From positions 1 through 64,000 of IMG/VR virus record IMGVR_UViG_3300032271_000867: 64,000 nucleotides of DNA. One strand, given 5' to 3'. Of this stretch, positions 17,437 through 26,481 are shown piece after piece (position 1 is the stretch's first letter; every line of letters starts with the position of its first letter). The translations under genes and the position numbers were made by a program. Under the pieces are notes generated by a model that saw only the letters and a list, made by a program, of their open reading frames with translations, ran no database searches and had not been told where the DNA came from. This DNA comes from a virus.

Positions 17437-18003
17437 TTAATGCATTGTGTCTCGGTATTTAACGTCTTTTATTTGTTCTATAATTGTTTTTTCTGTAGAA
17501 TCAATCGCAATACCGGCAGCTAATCTTGCTAATGCATACGCATCTGCTGCGTTGTCATCTGCAAACTCTACTCCCCATCGTTTGTAGATTTGTAGCAACA
17601 TTTCTTGTTTTTTAGAGGTGCCTTTACCTGATGCATATTTCTTTAGGGTCATTGGTGGGACTTGTAATGGGAGTATACTTTGTTTTAATAATGCTAGTTT
17701 TACTGTGGCAGATAACTCTCCCATAACTAAGGCAGAATGAGAAGCTAAAACTGTACCTTCCATGGCAACGTCTTTAACTTTCCATCCACGAATGCCACAC
17801 TCAGTAAACTTGCCATCTATAAACATTGTTATGTCTAATAGTCTTTGGACACCTTTATAAACAGATTTATACACCCAAGTAATATGTTCTGTTGGGTTTC
17901 TAACGGACACAATAGAAAATGCAAACCCTGTAAGTGATTGGTCTATGCCTATTGCTACTTCTTGTGGGTCTACTAGTCCATTAAAAAATTCTTTAATTGG
18001 CAT
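17437..18003 (-). CDS. ruvC: RuvC-like Holliday junction resolvase
   Basis: IGIDQSLTG, AMEG, VPPMTLKKYASGKG..KQEM, DNAADAYAL. Confidence 0.88.
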   Translation of the reverse strand: MPIKEFFNGLVDPQEVAIGIDQSLTGFAFSIVSVRNPTEHITWVYKSVYKGVQRLLDITMFIDGKFTECGIRGWKVKDVAMEGTVLASHSALVMGELSATVKLALLKQSILPLQVPPMTLKKYASGKGTSKKQEMLLQIYKRWGVEFADDNAADAYALARLAAGIAIDSTEKTIIEQIKDVKYRDTMH

Positions 18004-18328
18004 CGCTTAACTTTTGAACAATGTGTATTGCAGCACTAATACCGTCAAGGTATTCTTTGTCGACCATCATAGGCTCACTTACACGTTTAATCTCTTCACT
18101 AAGAAGATTTAAAATTATAATACGTTCCGTCCTGCGCCCACGAGCAATACCTTGAGCAAAGTCACTGGTCTCGTATACACGGTTTAGTGGTTCTTGGTTA
18201 CGAACATACTCCATTGACTGTTCCCAAGCTGCTTGACGTTCTTCTGGGGTTAGTTGAGAGTCAGTTATTTCACCGATGGTGCCAATTGGTTTTGGCTGTG
18301 TGTAGTTAGTTGTTTCTTCTTGGTTCAT
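17993..18328 (-). CDS. hypothetical protein with ERERII-like segment
   Basis: GIARGRRTERIIILNLL. Confidence 0.7.
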   Translation of the reverse strand: MNQEETTNYTQPKPIGTIGEITDSQLTPEERQAAWEQSMEYVRNQEPLNRVYETSDFAQGIARGRRTERIIILNLLSEEIKRVSEPMMVDKEYLDGISAAIHIVQKLSDAN

Positions 18329-18708
18329 TTATTTTCTCCATTTTCAATCTTTTTCCTGCGAGCAACTGACTTGTTTTTTGGTTTTTCTGTATTAACCCAT
18401 GGCTCTGAGTGAAGAACTTCTTGCCATTTCTTTTTTCTCAAATAAATTGTAAAAATGTGTTTAGTAGTTCCCAAATCAATCCTAAACCAGAGTGGGCTCA
18501 TGTACGACTTTATGTTTGTTCGCTCATCAATTTCCCATCTGACTGGGTGAATATCTAAACTAATCTTGTATTTAGAACCTTTCCAGTTAACCCAAACGGC
18601 GTCTTGACGGTTCACTACAAAACGACCAATAACTACCTGCCGTAATCCGTCACTACGTAGGTAGCTTACGCCAGGAAATGGCTTGCGTAGTAAATAATTG
18701 TCGGTCAT
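18325..18708 (-). CDS. hypothetical protein (cassette region)
   Basis: Ends KSVARRKKIENGENK; ATGA coupling. Confidence 0.7.
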   Translation of the reverse strand: MTDNYLLRKPFPGVSYLRSDGLRQVVIGRFVVNRQDAVWVNWKGSKYKISLDIHPVRWEIDERTNIKSYMSPLWFRIDLGTTKHIFTIYLRKKKWQEVLHSEPWVNTEKPKNKSVARRKKIENGENK

Positions 18709-18854
18709 TTGTTTTCTCCTAGGGTTTTAGCGTGTTTAACAAATACTGGGTATAGGTCAGGGTTAATAGCACAAGCTAACATTAGCAGAGCTGTGCTTAC
18801 CCAAAAGATAGGCAGTGAAATTACTAGTTGAATAACTTTCAACAATGTCTTCAT
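18705..18854 (-). CDS. 49-aa membrane protein (MKTLLKVIQLVISLPIFWVSTALLMLACAINP...GENK)
   Basis: Manual translation, ATGA overlaps at both ends. Confidence 0.65.
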   Translation of the reverse strand: MKTLLKVIQLVISLPIFWVSTALLMLACAINPDLYPVFVKHAKTLGENK

Positions 18855-19189
18855 AGCTGTTCACCTTTTTGAATTTTTTTCCTACGAGCAACTGATTTAG
18901 TTTGAGGCTCGTCTTTCAAAGACAAAAAGTGCTGAAGGCGCTGACGGTTGTATTCAGACCATGGGTCGTTTAGAGCCATAAGGTCTAACTTCATTTTCAT
19001 GTACTTGATAGCGTCTTTGCTATAGAACTCTCCCTCTTTTGCAGGGCGTAGAGGACCTTTTCTGTCAAACCAACTCCACTTGATTACAAACAGCCATTGT
19101 TTCACTGTTTTTGGTTGAATGAACTCTCGTAGGGTGTGGCGAGATTTTGTCATGCGAGTTAGGTACTTGTTTGTTTCATCGTTGTTCAT
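18851..19189 (-). CDS. hypothetical protein (cassette region)
   Basis: Start MNNDET after AAAGGAG; ends KSVARRKKIQKGEQL. Confidence 0.7.
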   Translation of the reverse strand: MNNDETNKYLTRMTKSRHTLREFIQPKTVKQWLFVIKWSWFDRKGPLRPAKEGEFYSKDAIKYMKMKLDLMALNDPWSEYNRQRLQHFLSLKDEPQTKSVARRKKIQKGEQL

Positions 19190-19401
19190 TTGTTTTCTCC
19201 TTTGATAAGTTTGGTGTGGTGGCGAACAGCCTTGCATCCTGTGTGAGATTGCATCAGTTTAAATTTACGACAATAAGGGTTTTGACAAGCCAAGTTGTCT
19301 AGCAGTTTGATAATGCGTTCTTCAACTTTTTCAACCCAACGACAAATGCACTGGTCTTTGTCATATTTCCATTTTTCATCACACTCAGGCTTGTGGTTCA
19401 T
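19186..19401 (-). CDS. small Cys-containing ERERII-like protein
   Basis: CICRWVEKVEERIIKLL...LIKGENK. Confidence 0.7.
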   Translation of the reverse strand: MNHKPECDEKWKYDKDQCICRWVEKVEERIIKLLDNLACQNPYCRKFKLMQSHTGCKAVRHHTKLIKGENK

Positions 19402-19642
19402 TTGTTCCCTCGTCTTGTTTAGCTACACGAGCTGCTACTTCTTCGTCAGTCATACGAAGGTCTGAGTACAAAAGCCACATAATGTTTGCTGGTGTGCAGC
19501 TTGGCTTGTAGTAGTAAACATCTAGAATCTGTTGAACAGCGTCTAGAATCCGCTCACGTTCTTGTTGCACTGCTGGCTTAGGCTCTGCAGCGTGAGGTTT
19601 ATCCCAGTAGTGCTTGATGATATCGAAGTAATCTTTACTCAT
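19385..19642 (-). CDS. hypothetical ERERI-motif protein
   Basis: VQQERERILDAV. Confidence 0.7.
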   Translation of the reverse strand: MSKDYFDIIKHYWDKPHAAEPKPAVQQERERILDAVQQILDVYYYKPSCTPANIMWLLYSDLRMTDEEVAARVAKQDEGTNEPQA

Positions 19643-19976
19643 TAGGCCACTGACCGTCTAGCACCATCATCGCAATGATTGCATAGTTAGCGAGGTCTAG
19701 GAAAGAATCCTTGAGACTTTCATTTTCTGGGTTAGCCCCTGAGTCAACTAGGTTATTAATACGAGCCAGTTTATCCCACATACGAACACGAAGGCCGTTA
19801 AGCGGTCCGCCTGGGCTTAGTGAGATGTTTTTTGGTCCGTAGTCAGCGTGTTTTTTTAGTAGTACGTGTTCAGCTTGAGCAAACTGTTGAGCAAGGTCAT
19901 CTTTAAACTGTAGGTGGGGGATAATTTCATCAGGTAAAGTTGTTTGCTCTGTGTATAGTGATGCCATTTGTGCCAT
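19635..19976 (-). CDS. nucleotide-modification-associated domain 1 (Nmad1/DUF1599) protein
   Basis: KKHADYG..NI...RVRMWDKLARINNL...ESLKDSFLDLANYAII. Confidence 0.85.
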   Translation of the reverse strand: MAQMASLYTEQTTLPDEIIPHLQFKDDLAQQFAQAEHVLLKKHADYGPKNISLSPGGPLNGLRVRMWDKLARINNLVDSGANPENESLKDSFLDLANYAIIAMMVLDGQWPNE

Positions 19977-20422
19977 TATATATTCCTTTTAAAATCGTTT
20001 GATCTACGAGTAATTTCTCTTGAAACTAGTAATAAATCACGCTCATGATTATTTAGTAGCATCTCTACTAATTTACGATAAGCATATTTTTCTTCATACT
20101 GGTTATCAAGTTCAATAATTTCTGGACTAATTGCTACTTCAGCTTTAATAGCAGTTACACGTTCACCTTTTGCTTGAGCTCCCATACGGCGAATTAACAT
20201 CGTACTTTCTAAGAATTCTTTCTTTTTTAAAGATGCACGTTCTTCTAACTGAGCCATTGTAAGCTGTGAGTTAATGTAATCAGTCCATGCAGTTAGTTGA
20301 GTAAATAATCTTCCCAGCTCTTCTGATCCAATATCAGTAATATCTGAAGGCAAAGTTACTTGATCTTCTGATGGTTTGTAGAAGTGTATTCCCCATTCAT
20401 TAAATTTTTCTAATGCACTCAT
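19976..20422 (-). CDS. helical recombination mediator (UvsY-like)
   Basis: All-helical with SREITRR C-terminus; adjacent to nuclease and near recA. Largely positional inference. Confidence 0.5.
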   Translation of the reverse strand: MSALEKFNEWGIHFYKPSEDQVTLPSDITDIGSEELGRLFTQLTAWTDYINSQLTMAQLEERASLKKKEFLESTMLIRRMGAQAKGERVTAIKAEVAISPEIIELDNQYEEKYAYRKLVEMLLNNHERDLLLVSREITRRSNDFKRNI

Positions 20423-20425
20423 TTA

Positions 20426-21268
20426 CTACTCCTTATATGGGTCACATTGTTTGCAAGTACCACTTGGGTTGTTGGTACATTCTGGAACAACTCCTGCATT
20501 TACTGAGTCTACCACAACTTTTGCTTTGTCAAAAATGTGTTCTACTAAACCAAAGTCAGCTTTTACTGGCTCAAATTCACGGTAATCTTGGTCTGCTTTT
20601 AGTTCATAAAGGAAAATAATTTCAGTAACTTCTTCGTGACCCATACGTTTCATAAGTTCTAAGTACATTTGACCTTGAAGAATGTGACTTGAAAATGGAC
20701 GTTTAATTGCTTTCCATGCCTTCATAAAGTCACCATCAGCTTCTTTCATTAGTTCTGGAGCTTCAAAACGTAATGTACCGGGACCCACTGATTTAATTTC
20801 AATTAGTGCATCACCTTGTGAATCTTTAATCCATCCATCAGTATGGCCTTTAATTCGTAAAGAATCATCTGAGAGAGTTACCTCTGCATAAATAAGGTCT
20901 GGTTTTCCGCATCGATCGCAGGACTCTGGAGAAGTTCCCCAAGTAATCCAATGACAGGCTTGGCATTTAAATTGACCATGCAAAATGCCCATTTCTTGAA
21001 AATATCCTTGCCATTTAGAGTGAACAGCATGGCCGGTATCAAATACAGACTGTAATTTTAACGGAGGTTTTTCTGCAATTTTTGTTTCTCCATTTAGTAA
21101 AAAGTAAGATCCTCGCATACACCAATCTTTTTTTATAATTTCTGAAGGATGTAGTACAGTAGTACTTCGATTACCCGGAGGTCGTTGTAGCAAGTGTCGT
21201 TCTAAATTTCCAATAAGTCTGGTGTTAGTTTTTTTAGCGTCTAAAAAACGCTTTAGTTCTGAGCTCAT
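20426..21268 (-). CDS. Cas4/RecB-like PD-(D/E)XK exonuclease
   Basis: HPSE...C, GHAVH, GHTDG, IEIKS, QGQMY, terminal C...CKQC. Confidence 0.85.
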   Translation of the reverse strand: MSSELKRFLDAKKTNTRLIGNLERHLLQRPPGNRSTTVLHPSEIIKKDWCMRGSYFLLNGETKIAEKPPLKLQSVFDTGHAVHSKWQGYFQEMGILHGQFKCQACHWITWGTSPESCDRCGKPDLIYAEVTLSDDSLRIKGHTDGWIKDSQGDALIEIKSVGPGTLRFEAPELMKEADGDFMKAWKAIKRPFSSHILQGQMYLELMKRMGHEEVTEIIFLYELKADQDYREFEPVKADFGLVEHIFDKAKVVVDSVNAGVVPECTNNPSGTCKQCDPYKE

Positions 21269-21600
21269 TTATTCCTTATGTTTAGTGTTAGTACAAATTC
21301 TTCTAAAGACATTTTGCCTTTTTTGGTTTTTTGCCATTTTCTTATTAAAGCATTTCTTTCTCTGTGGGACATTCCTCCCCAAATTCCATGCTGTGTGTCA
21401 GTTTCAATTGCTTCCCATAAACAAATATTTTTTACAGGACATGGGGTTGTGCCATTTTCTCCAAAACAATACTTTTTAGCTTGTGTTGCTATTTTTTTAT
21501 ATAAAGACTTATCTCTTGGTGGAAAAAATAGCTCAGTGTCTGCTCCTTCACAAGCAGCTTTGTGCCACCACCTCAGATCGTCATCAGAGTCTTTGTTCAT
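21265..21600 (-). CDS. whiB: WhiB-family transcription factor
   Basis: WWHKAACEG..TELFFP...AKKYC...CPVKNIC...GIWGGMSHRER. Confidence 0.92.
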   Translation of the reverse strand: MNKDSDDDLRWWHKAACEGADTELFFPPRDKSLYKKIATQAKKYCFGENGTTPCPVKNICLWEAIETDTQHGIWGGMSHRERNALIRKWQKTKKGKMSLEEFVLTLNIRNK

Positions 21601-21907
21601 TTAACTCATTCCATAATTCTAAAAAGTCTGTTTCTAATAGTATAACGTAATCTTCGCCGTCAAGATGAATGCCAAATATAGGCAATCTTCCATCCATAAT
21701 TGCTTCTAAAGTTATTTTTTTGAGTTCAACAGACTGAATGGTTTTGGATTTTTTTCCCGTCCATTTATGCTCGACCAGGAGCCCTTCTGAGCGTACATCT
21801 CCTTTTCCTGACCAAAAAGCACCACTTGCTGCTTGTGTTCTTCCTCCAATTGCTTTTGCAATTCGTTTTTCGTGTTTTTGACTTTGTTTTTGTCCTTCAC
21901 TCTTCAT
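21584..21907 (-). CDS. Hjc-like Holliday junction resolvase / PD-(D/E)XK nuclease
   Basis: HEKRIAK..GGR..AASGA...KGDV...VEHK. Confidence 0.75.
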   Translation of the reverse strand: MKSEGQKQSQKHEKRIAKAIGGRTQAASGAFWSGKGDVRSEGLLVEHKWTGKKSKTIQSVELKKITLEAIMDGRLPIFGIHLDGEDYVILLETDFLELWNELNEQRL

Positions 21908-22229
21908 TTGGCTCTTTTTTAAAATCTTCTGTCAAAGTAATTTTTCCTTCTTTATATGCCTTTATAATTCGTGGAACTAAAAAGTAAAGTTGCTCTCTTG
22001 TGTAACAAGTGTCACATCCACAAAAAGGTTGACCTGAAAGAGTTTCAAAATTAGTAGATAAAGTGATAGTAAATGAGTCTTTAATCCATTCATTATCTTC
22101 ATCAAATTCAATTTGATTTAAAATGTCTTCTTCTAATGATTCTTCACAATTGGCCATATAGATATTAAAATCATGTTCTAAAATCATTCCCCATTCAAAA
22201 TCTAAAATTTGAAATTCAGGATCACTCAT
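21897..22229 (-). CDS. hypothetical acidic protein (FCGCDTC)
   Basis: 110-aa ORF in operon. Confidence 0.65.
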   Translation of the reverse strand: MSDPEFQILDFEWGMILEHDFNIYMANCEESLEEDILNQIEFDEDNEWIKDSFTITLSTNFETLSGQPFCGCDTCYTREQLYFLVPRIIKAYKEGKITLTEDFKKEPNEE

Positions 22230-23274
22230 CTTCTTCTACTCCTGCAAAAGTATCTGGGGTTGAAAGCACTAATTCTCTAAGTTCTTCAAATAGATCTAAA
22301 TCTTCTCGCACTGAGTTAGCAAATGCTGCTAGGCCATTCCATTTATTATCTTTGTAATAAACCCAACCACCTTTACGTTCAACAATACTTTTTACAATTG
22401 CCATTGAAGCAACTTCTTTTGCAGTATCATAATCACCAGCTTCAAATACACTATGATCTGCAAAATAATAGTCAACGTACGCAACACGACCTGGTGGTGC
22501 AGTTTTATTTTTTAGAATGCGAATCTTAATTTGTTGACCTACTTTCTTTTTGTTATCGCCATTTCCTACTTCCAAATATTCAGAACGGCGTATTTCTGCA
22601 CGAGTAAAGAAAGCATAGTTTTTACCTTCACCTCCCGGTGTGGTACGAGGATCTCCGTGCATTACGCCAATTTTCATACGATATTGGTTGATTATGATGC
22701 CTAAAATAGGACGTTCGCTTTCTATAAGGCTTCTTTTCATAGCTGCTCCAGCTTTACGAAAAAACTTGTTAGTAATAAGTGCTCCACGACCAACAGTCAT
22801 TTCATCCATATTTTTTTCGTCTTCTGGACCGGGCACTAATGCAGGAAGGGAGTCAATAACAATAGCATCTACTGATTTTGATTCGGCAAATGCGAGTACG
22901 GCGTCGTAGGCTTCTTCCATGATGTTGGTTTCGACAACAATGACTCGTTCACTGTCAACTCCACAGATTTTAGCGTATTCTGGGACCCATTGTTCTGCTG
23001 CAACCCAGACTGTTGTAAAATTTGGGTCCTTAGCTTGATTAGCTGCAATTGTCTTAAGCGCAATCGCCGTTTTTCCGTGACTAGCTTCACCAATAAGCTC
23101 ATTCCACTGATTAGCAGGAAAGCCACCGCCCAAAACATAGTCGAAAGTAGTAGACCCAGTAGTGAATCTGGTAATGAGGTCTGCACGAATATCTTCTCCT
23201 ATAACTACTGCATCATGTCCTAATTTTTTGTTAATTTGAGCCATGATCTTTTTTGCTTCGGCATTAATTGTCAT
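22222..23274 (-). CDS. recA: RecA/UvsX recombinase
   Basis: TGSTTFDYVLGGG, GEASHGKT, IVIDSL, IINQYR.KIGVMHGDPRTTPGG, KNKTAPP. Confidence 0.95.
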   Translation of the reverse strand: MTINAEAKKIMAQINKKLGHDAVVIGEDIRADLITRFTTGSTTFDYVLGGGFPANQWNELIGEASHGKTAIALKTIAANQAKDPNFTTVWVAAEQWVPEYAKICGVDSERVIVVETNIMEEAYDAVLAFAESKSVDAIVIDSLPALVPGPEDEKNMDEMTVGRGALITNKFFRKAGAAMKRSLIESERPILGIIINQYRMKIGVMHGDPRTTPGGEGKNYAFFTRAEIRRSEYLEVGNGDNKKKVGQQIKIRILKNKTAPPGRVAYVDYYFADHSVFEAGDYDTAKEVASMAIVKSIVERKGGWVYYKDNKWNGLAAFANSVREDLDLFEELRELVLSTPDTFAGVEEDE

Positions 23275-23710
23275 TTGTTACTTCCAATACAATAAGGGTA
23301 CAATCTTTTGATTTAACCTCAATAAATTGTTCATTTTTTGTGTAAATAGTATTTTTAACAATAATTGGTGCGTTTGTTAAAATGATTCCCGGTGCTATTA
23401 GAGCATGTGTACGATTGTGGTTAATGGTTACAAAAGATGTATTTGTGGGATTATTTAAAAATTTTTGTTTACGGCCTGAGTAGTGAAGTGTGTCATACTG
23501 AAATTTAGGACCTTTCCAGTTATGTTTTACCTCTACTTCAAACTGATGAAAAGTTCCTTTTAAATCAGTAGCAAGTACATCAATTCCATATTTATCTGGA
23601 TTAACGTAAGCATTCCATCCTTTTGCTTCCAGCCATCTTATAAACAGTTCTTTTGCATTATCGTCATTGTTATAGTGTGACTCATTAAAAGTTTTTTTAG
23701 TTAACGTCAT
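23264..23710 (-). CDS. PD-(D/E)XK-type endonuclease-like protein
   Basis: YGIDVL...FEVEVK. Confidence 0.55.
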   Translation of the reverse strand: MTLTKKTFNESHYNNDDNAKELFIRWLEAKGWNAYVNPDKYGIDVLATDLKGTFHQFEVEVKHNWKGPKFQYDTLHYSGRKQKFLNNPTNTSFVTINHNRTHALIAPGIILTNAPIIVKNTIYTKNEQFIEVKSKDCTLIVLEVTNDN

Positions 23711-23972
23711 TATTTTCCAAACGTAAACTATTTAGGTGATCTGTAATCAAAGTTTTTAGTCCGGAAATAAAATCTACTAATTGATCAGAAGTCCAAAAAA
23801 ATGCATCTCCTGTTCCTTCTTGTTGCATTAGCTCTATGGCTGATTCTAAAATTACATCTACACGAGTATTAGCTGTACCAATTCCTGTATCAAATAACTC
23901 TAATTTTGATTTTAAAGATTGCAAAGTTTTTACTGCTTGTAGTGTATTTCCTAGTTCTGTTGTATTATCCAT
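23697..23972 (-). CDS. hypothetical protein
   Basis: 91-aa coupled ORF. Confidence 0.6.
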   Translation of the reverse strand: MDNTTELGNTLQAVKTLQSLKSKLELFDTGIGTANTRVDVILESAIELMQQEGTGDAFFWTSDQLVDFISGLKTLITDHLNSLRLENNDVN

Positions 23973-24339
23973 TTATTCTTCCAATTATTTCTTGAGGATT
24001 GTAGTTACTTTGTAGATTATTTCCTATTGCTTGTTTAGCCGATCCTTGAACACTTGAACCAGCCAACGAACCGTAGCGAGAACCAGATTGTTCGATGGGA
24101 TACCCGCAGTCAAGGCAACGTGCTTTTGTATTTTGAACAGCCATATAGTTGCTCGACCCGCAGTCAGGACACGTAGCAGTCTGCGAAGATGAGGGTAGTC
24201 CTCTTTGTGCTTGTGGTTGAAAGGAAGGCATCGGAGCCATTGGTTTTTGTGATGGAGGAATTAATGAAGGAAGTTGCTGTGAAGATTGTTGGGGAACTTG
24301 ATTGCCAAGTTTTTTTGCGTACCAATCTGAATTACTCAA
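23965..24339 (-). CDS. Gln/Pro-rich zinc-ribbon protein
   Basis: CPDCGSSNY...CLDCGY; AAGGA RBS and upstream TATAAT. Confidence 0.7.
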   Translation of the reverse strand: MSNSDWYAKKLGNQVPQQSSQQLPSLIPPSQKPMAPMPSFQPQAQRGLPSSSQTATCPDCGSSNYMAVQNTKARCLDCGYPIEQSGSRYGSLAGSSVQGSAKQAIGNNLQSNYNPQEIIGRING

Positions 24340-24398
24340 AATATGTTTCCTTTTGTATAAATAAAAACTATATATATATAATTATATACTTTTTTTAA

Positions 24399-26399
24399 CT
24401 ACTTCGCTTCTCCCCATTTATCCACAATGTGAATGTCAGCAATTAAAGGCACTGTAATTTCAGTAAGTTTAATTCCTTCCATTGAAATACGGATGGCTTC
24501 AGCTGTTTCTTCTGCACGGTCTTCTGGAGTAATTGTCACAAGTTCATCGTGTACTGTAAGAATTACATTAATGTTAGGTTCATCTACAAAACATGAGTGA
24601 GCACGAACAATAGCCAACTTCATTAAATCAGCTGCAGATCCTTGAATAACAGTATTAAATGCCTGACGTTCAGCTCTTGCAAGTAGTCCAACCTCTTTAC
24701 TTAGAAGGTCCGGAATGTAACGTCTACGTCCTAATACAGTCTCTACATAGGGAATAGCTCCACTACGTTTCGCATCACGAACAACTTGACCTTTATAACG
24801 ATTAATTGAAGAAAACTTTTGTTCAAAATCACTTAATAGTTTTTTAGCATCTTGAACACTGCACCCAATAGAAGCTGCAATTTTGTCAGGGCCAACGCCG
24901 TATGAAATAGCAAGAACAAGAACTTTACCTGCTTTGCGATCTACTCCCATAGTATTACCAATAGTAGTGTAAATATCTCCGCCAGTAATATAGTTGTTTA
25001 TTAAAACTTCATCTTTAGAAAAAGCAGCAATAATACGAGGCTCAATTTGAGAGTAATCAGCTACTACTAATTTATAACCTGGAGGAGCTACAAATAAATT
25101 ACGTACTAATTTTCCATAATCACCTGATGATGGAATATTTTGTAGGTTAGGTTCACTGGATGAAAAACGACCAGTTTCTGCGCCATGAGCTTTAAAATTA
25201 GTATGAACACGTCCATTAATTAACAATGAGCGTTTATTATGAATTTTTTCAATACCTTTGCTAGTACGTTTTACTTCTCCACCAGTATAGGGAACTACGT
25301 AAGTAGTCATTAATTTATTTAAATCTTGATATTCCAAAATACTATCTACTAGCTCATCTTTATTTCTGTAAAACTCTAGGGCGTCTGCACTTACTGAAAA
25401 ATGAGAAGCATTAAGTGGTTGTTTTGCTTTAAATGCTTCTGTACCTTTAGGAGTAAGTGCTACTTTAAGTCTAGTGTTTGGGGTAATCCTAGGTTTTTTT
25501 CCTTCTTCTGCAGTAAACAATAATTTTTGTTTTTCTGGAATTGAATTTATTGGAAATGCTTTGCCTGCAATTTTATACACCTTAGCTTCTGCTTTTAATT
25601 TATCGGCATTAATTTGCTCTGCCAATACTTTAAGAGCGTTTTGATCCATATATGCACCAGTTAATTCCATATCACAAAGTGCAGACAAAACATCCATTTC
25701 TAATTTCCATATTCGTTTTAAATTGCCTGTAATTTTGGCGTTTAAAACTTTATACAATTTCCAGGTGAGATCAGAATCAATTCCTGAGTAATTCGCTACA
25801 TCAGAAAATGAATGTAGTGCAACATTTTCTCCAATACCTTTTTCCATGTTAACGCCAAGCTCACGTTCAACACACGCTTTCAGATTTAACCCATTTTTAT
25901 TTTGATTATTTATTATAAATGCAGCTGTAAGAGTATCAAAATAAGGTTTACTTGGCACACGTCCTTTGTAATATTTTGCTACGGATTTAAGGTCAAATTT
26001 TGCGTTATGCGCTACTTTTAAAGCAGGTCCAAACATAATTGGTTCAATTGTTTTAAAAACTTCTGCTGGAGTTAATTGTGCAGGTGGTTCTGCAAAAATA
26101 GGCTCCCATTTTTTTTGATCTTTAGAAAAGTGAGACTCTAGAAGTTCTTTTCCCTCTGCAATGCGTTTTTTACCTGAAAGTAATACGGGTTTATTCCAAT
26201 ATTCAAATTCACCATTAGGGTGTCCCATAGGAATAACATCTATTCGATTATCAGTAGCAAATGAAATCCAGCAAACATCATTAATGACTGGATATAAACG
26301 GTTTTCACCAATGGTCTCTACGTCAAATGCAAATGCATCTACGTTTTTGTAATATTCTACAAATTCTTGTAGTTGTTCTTGTGTAGTAATAATATTCAT
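24399..26399 (-). CDS. polA: family A DNA polymerase with 3'-5' exonuclease
   Basis: FDVET, HNAKFD, TGRFSSSEPNLQNIP, ADYSQIE, KVLVLAISYG, NTVIQGSAAD, TVHDE. Confidence 0.95.
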   Translation of the reverse strand: MNIITTQEQLQEFVEYYKNVDAFAFDVETIGENRLYPVINDVCWISFATDNRIDVIPMGHPNGEFEYWNKPVLLSGKKRIAEGKELLESHFSKDQKKWEPIFAEPPAQLTPAEVFKTIEPIMFGPALKVAHNAKFDLKSVAKYYKGRVPSKPYFDTLTAAFIINNQNKNGLNLKACVERELGVNMEKGIGENVALHSFSDVANYSGIDSDLTWKLYKVLNAKITGNLKRIWKLEMDVLSALCDMELTGAYMDQNALKVLAEQINADKLKAEAKVYKIAGKAFPINSIPEKQKLLFTAEEGKKPRITPNTRLKVALTPKGTEAFKAKQPLNASHFSVSADALEFYRNKDELVDSILEYQDLNKLMTTYVVPYTGGEVKRTSKGIEKIHNKRSLLINGRVHTNFKAHGAETGRFSSSEPNLQNIPSSGDYGKLVRNLFVAPPGYKLVVADYSQIEPRIIAAFSKDEVLINNYITGGDIYTTIGNTMGVDRKAGKVLVLAISYGVGPDKIAASIGCSVQDAKKLLSDFEQKFSSINRYKGQVVRDAKRSGAIPYVETVLGRRRYIPDLLSKEVGLLARAERQAFNTVIQGSAADLMKLAIVRAHSCFVDEPNINVILTVHDELVTITPEDRAEETAEAIRISMEGIKLTEITVPLIADIHIVDKWGEAK

Positions 26400-26421
26400 A
26401 ATTCCCTCAAAGATAAGTATA

Positions 26422-26459
26422 GGGGGCTAAGATACCAACCAAAAAATATCTTAGCCCCC
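26422..26459. terminator. strong hairpin between the SSB gene and polA (terminator or processing site)
   Basis: GGGGGCTAAGATA...TATCTTAGCCCCC, 13-bp stem, no clear U tract on the - strand. Confidence 0.55.
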
Positions 26460-26481
26460 ATGGGGTGGAGTGAGAAGTAAG

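Noticed and set aside
20426-21268. CRISPR-associated cas4
   Set aside because: Solo Cas4-like nuclease in a recombination operon, with no cas1/cas2 or array.
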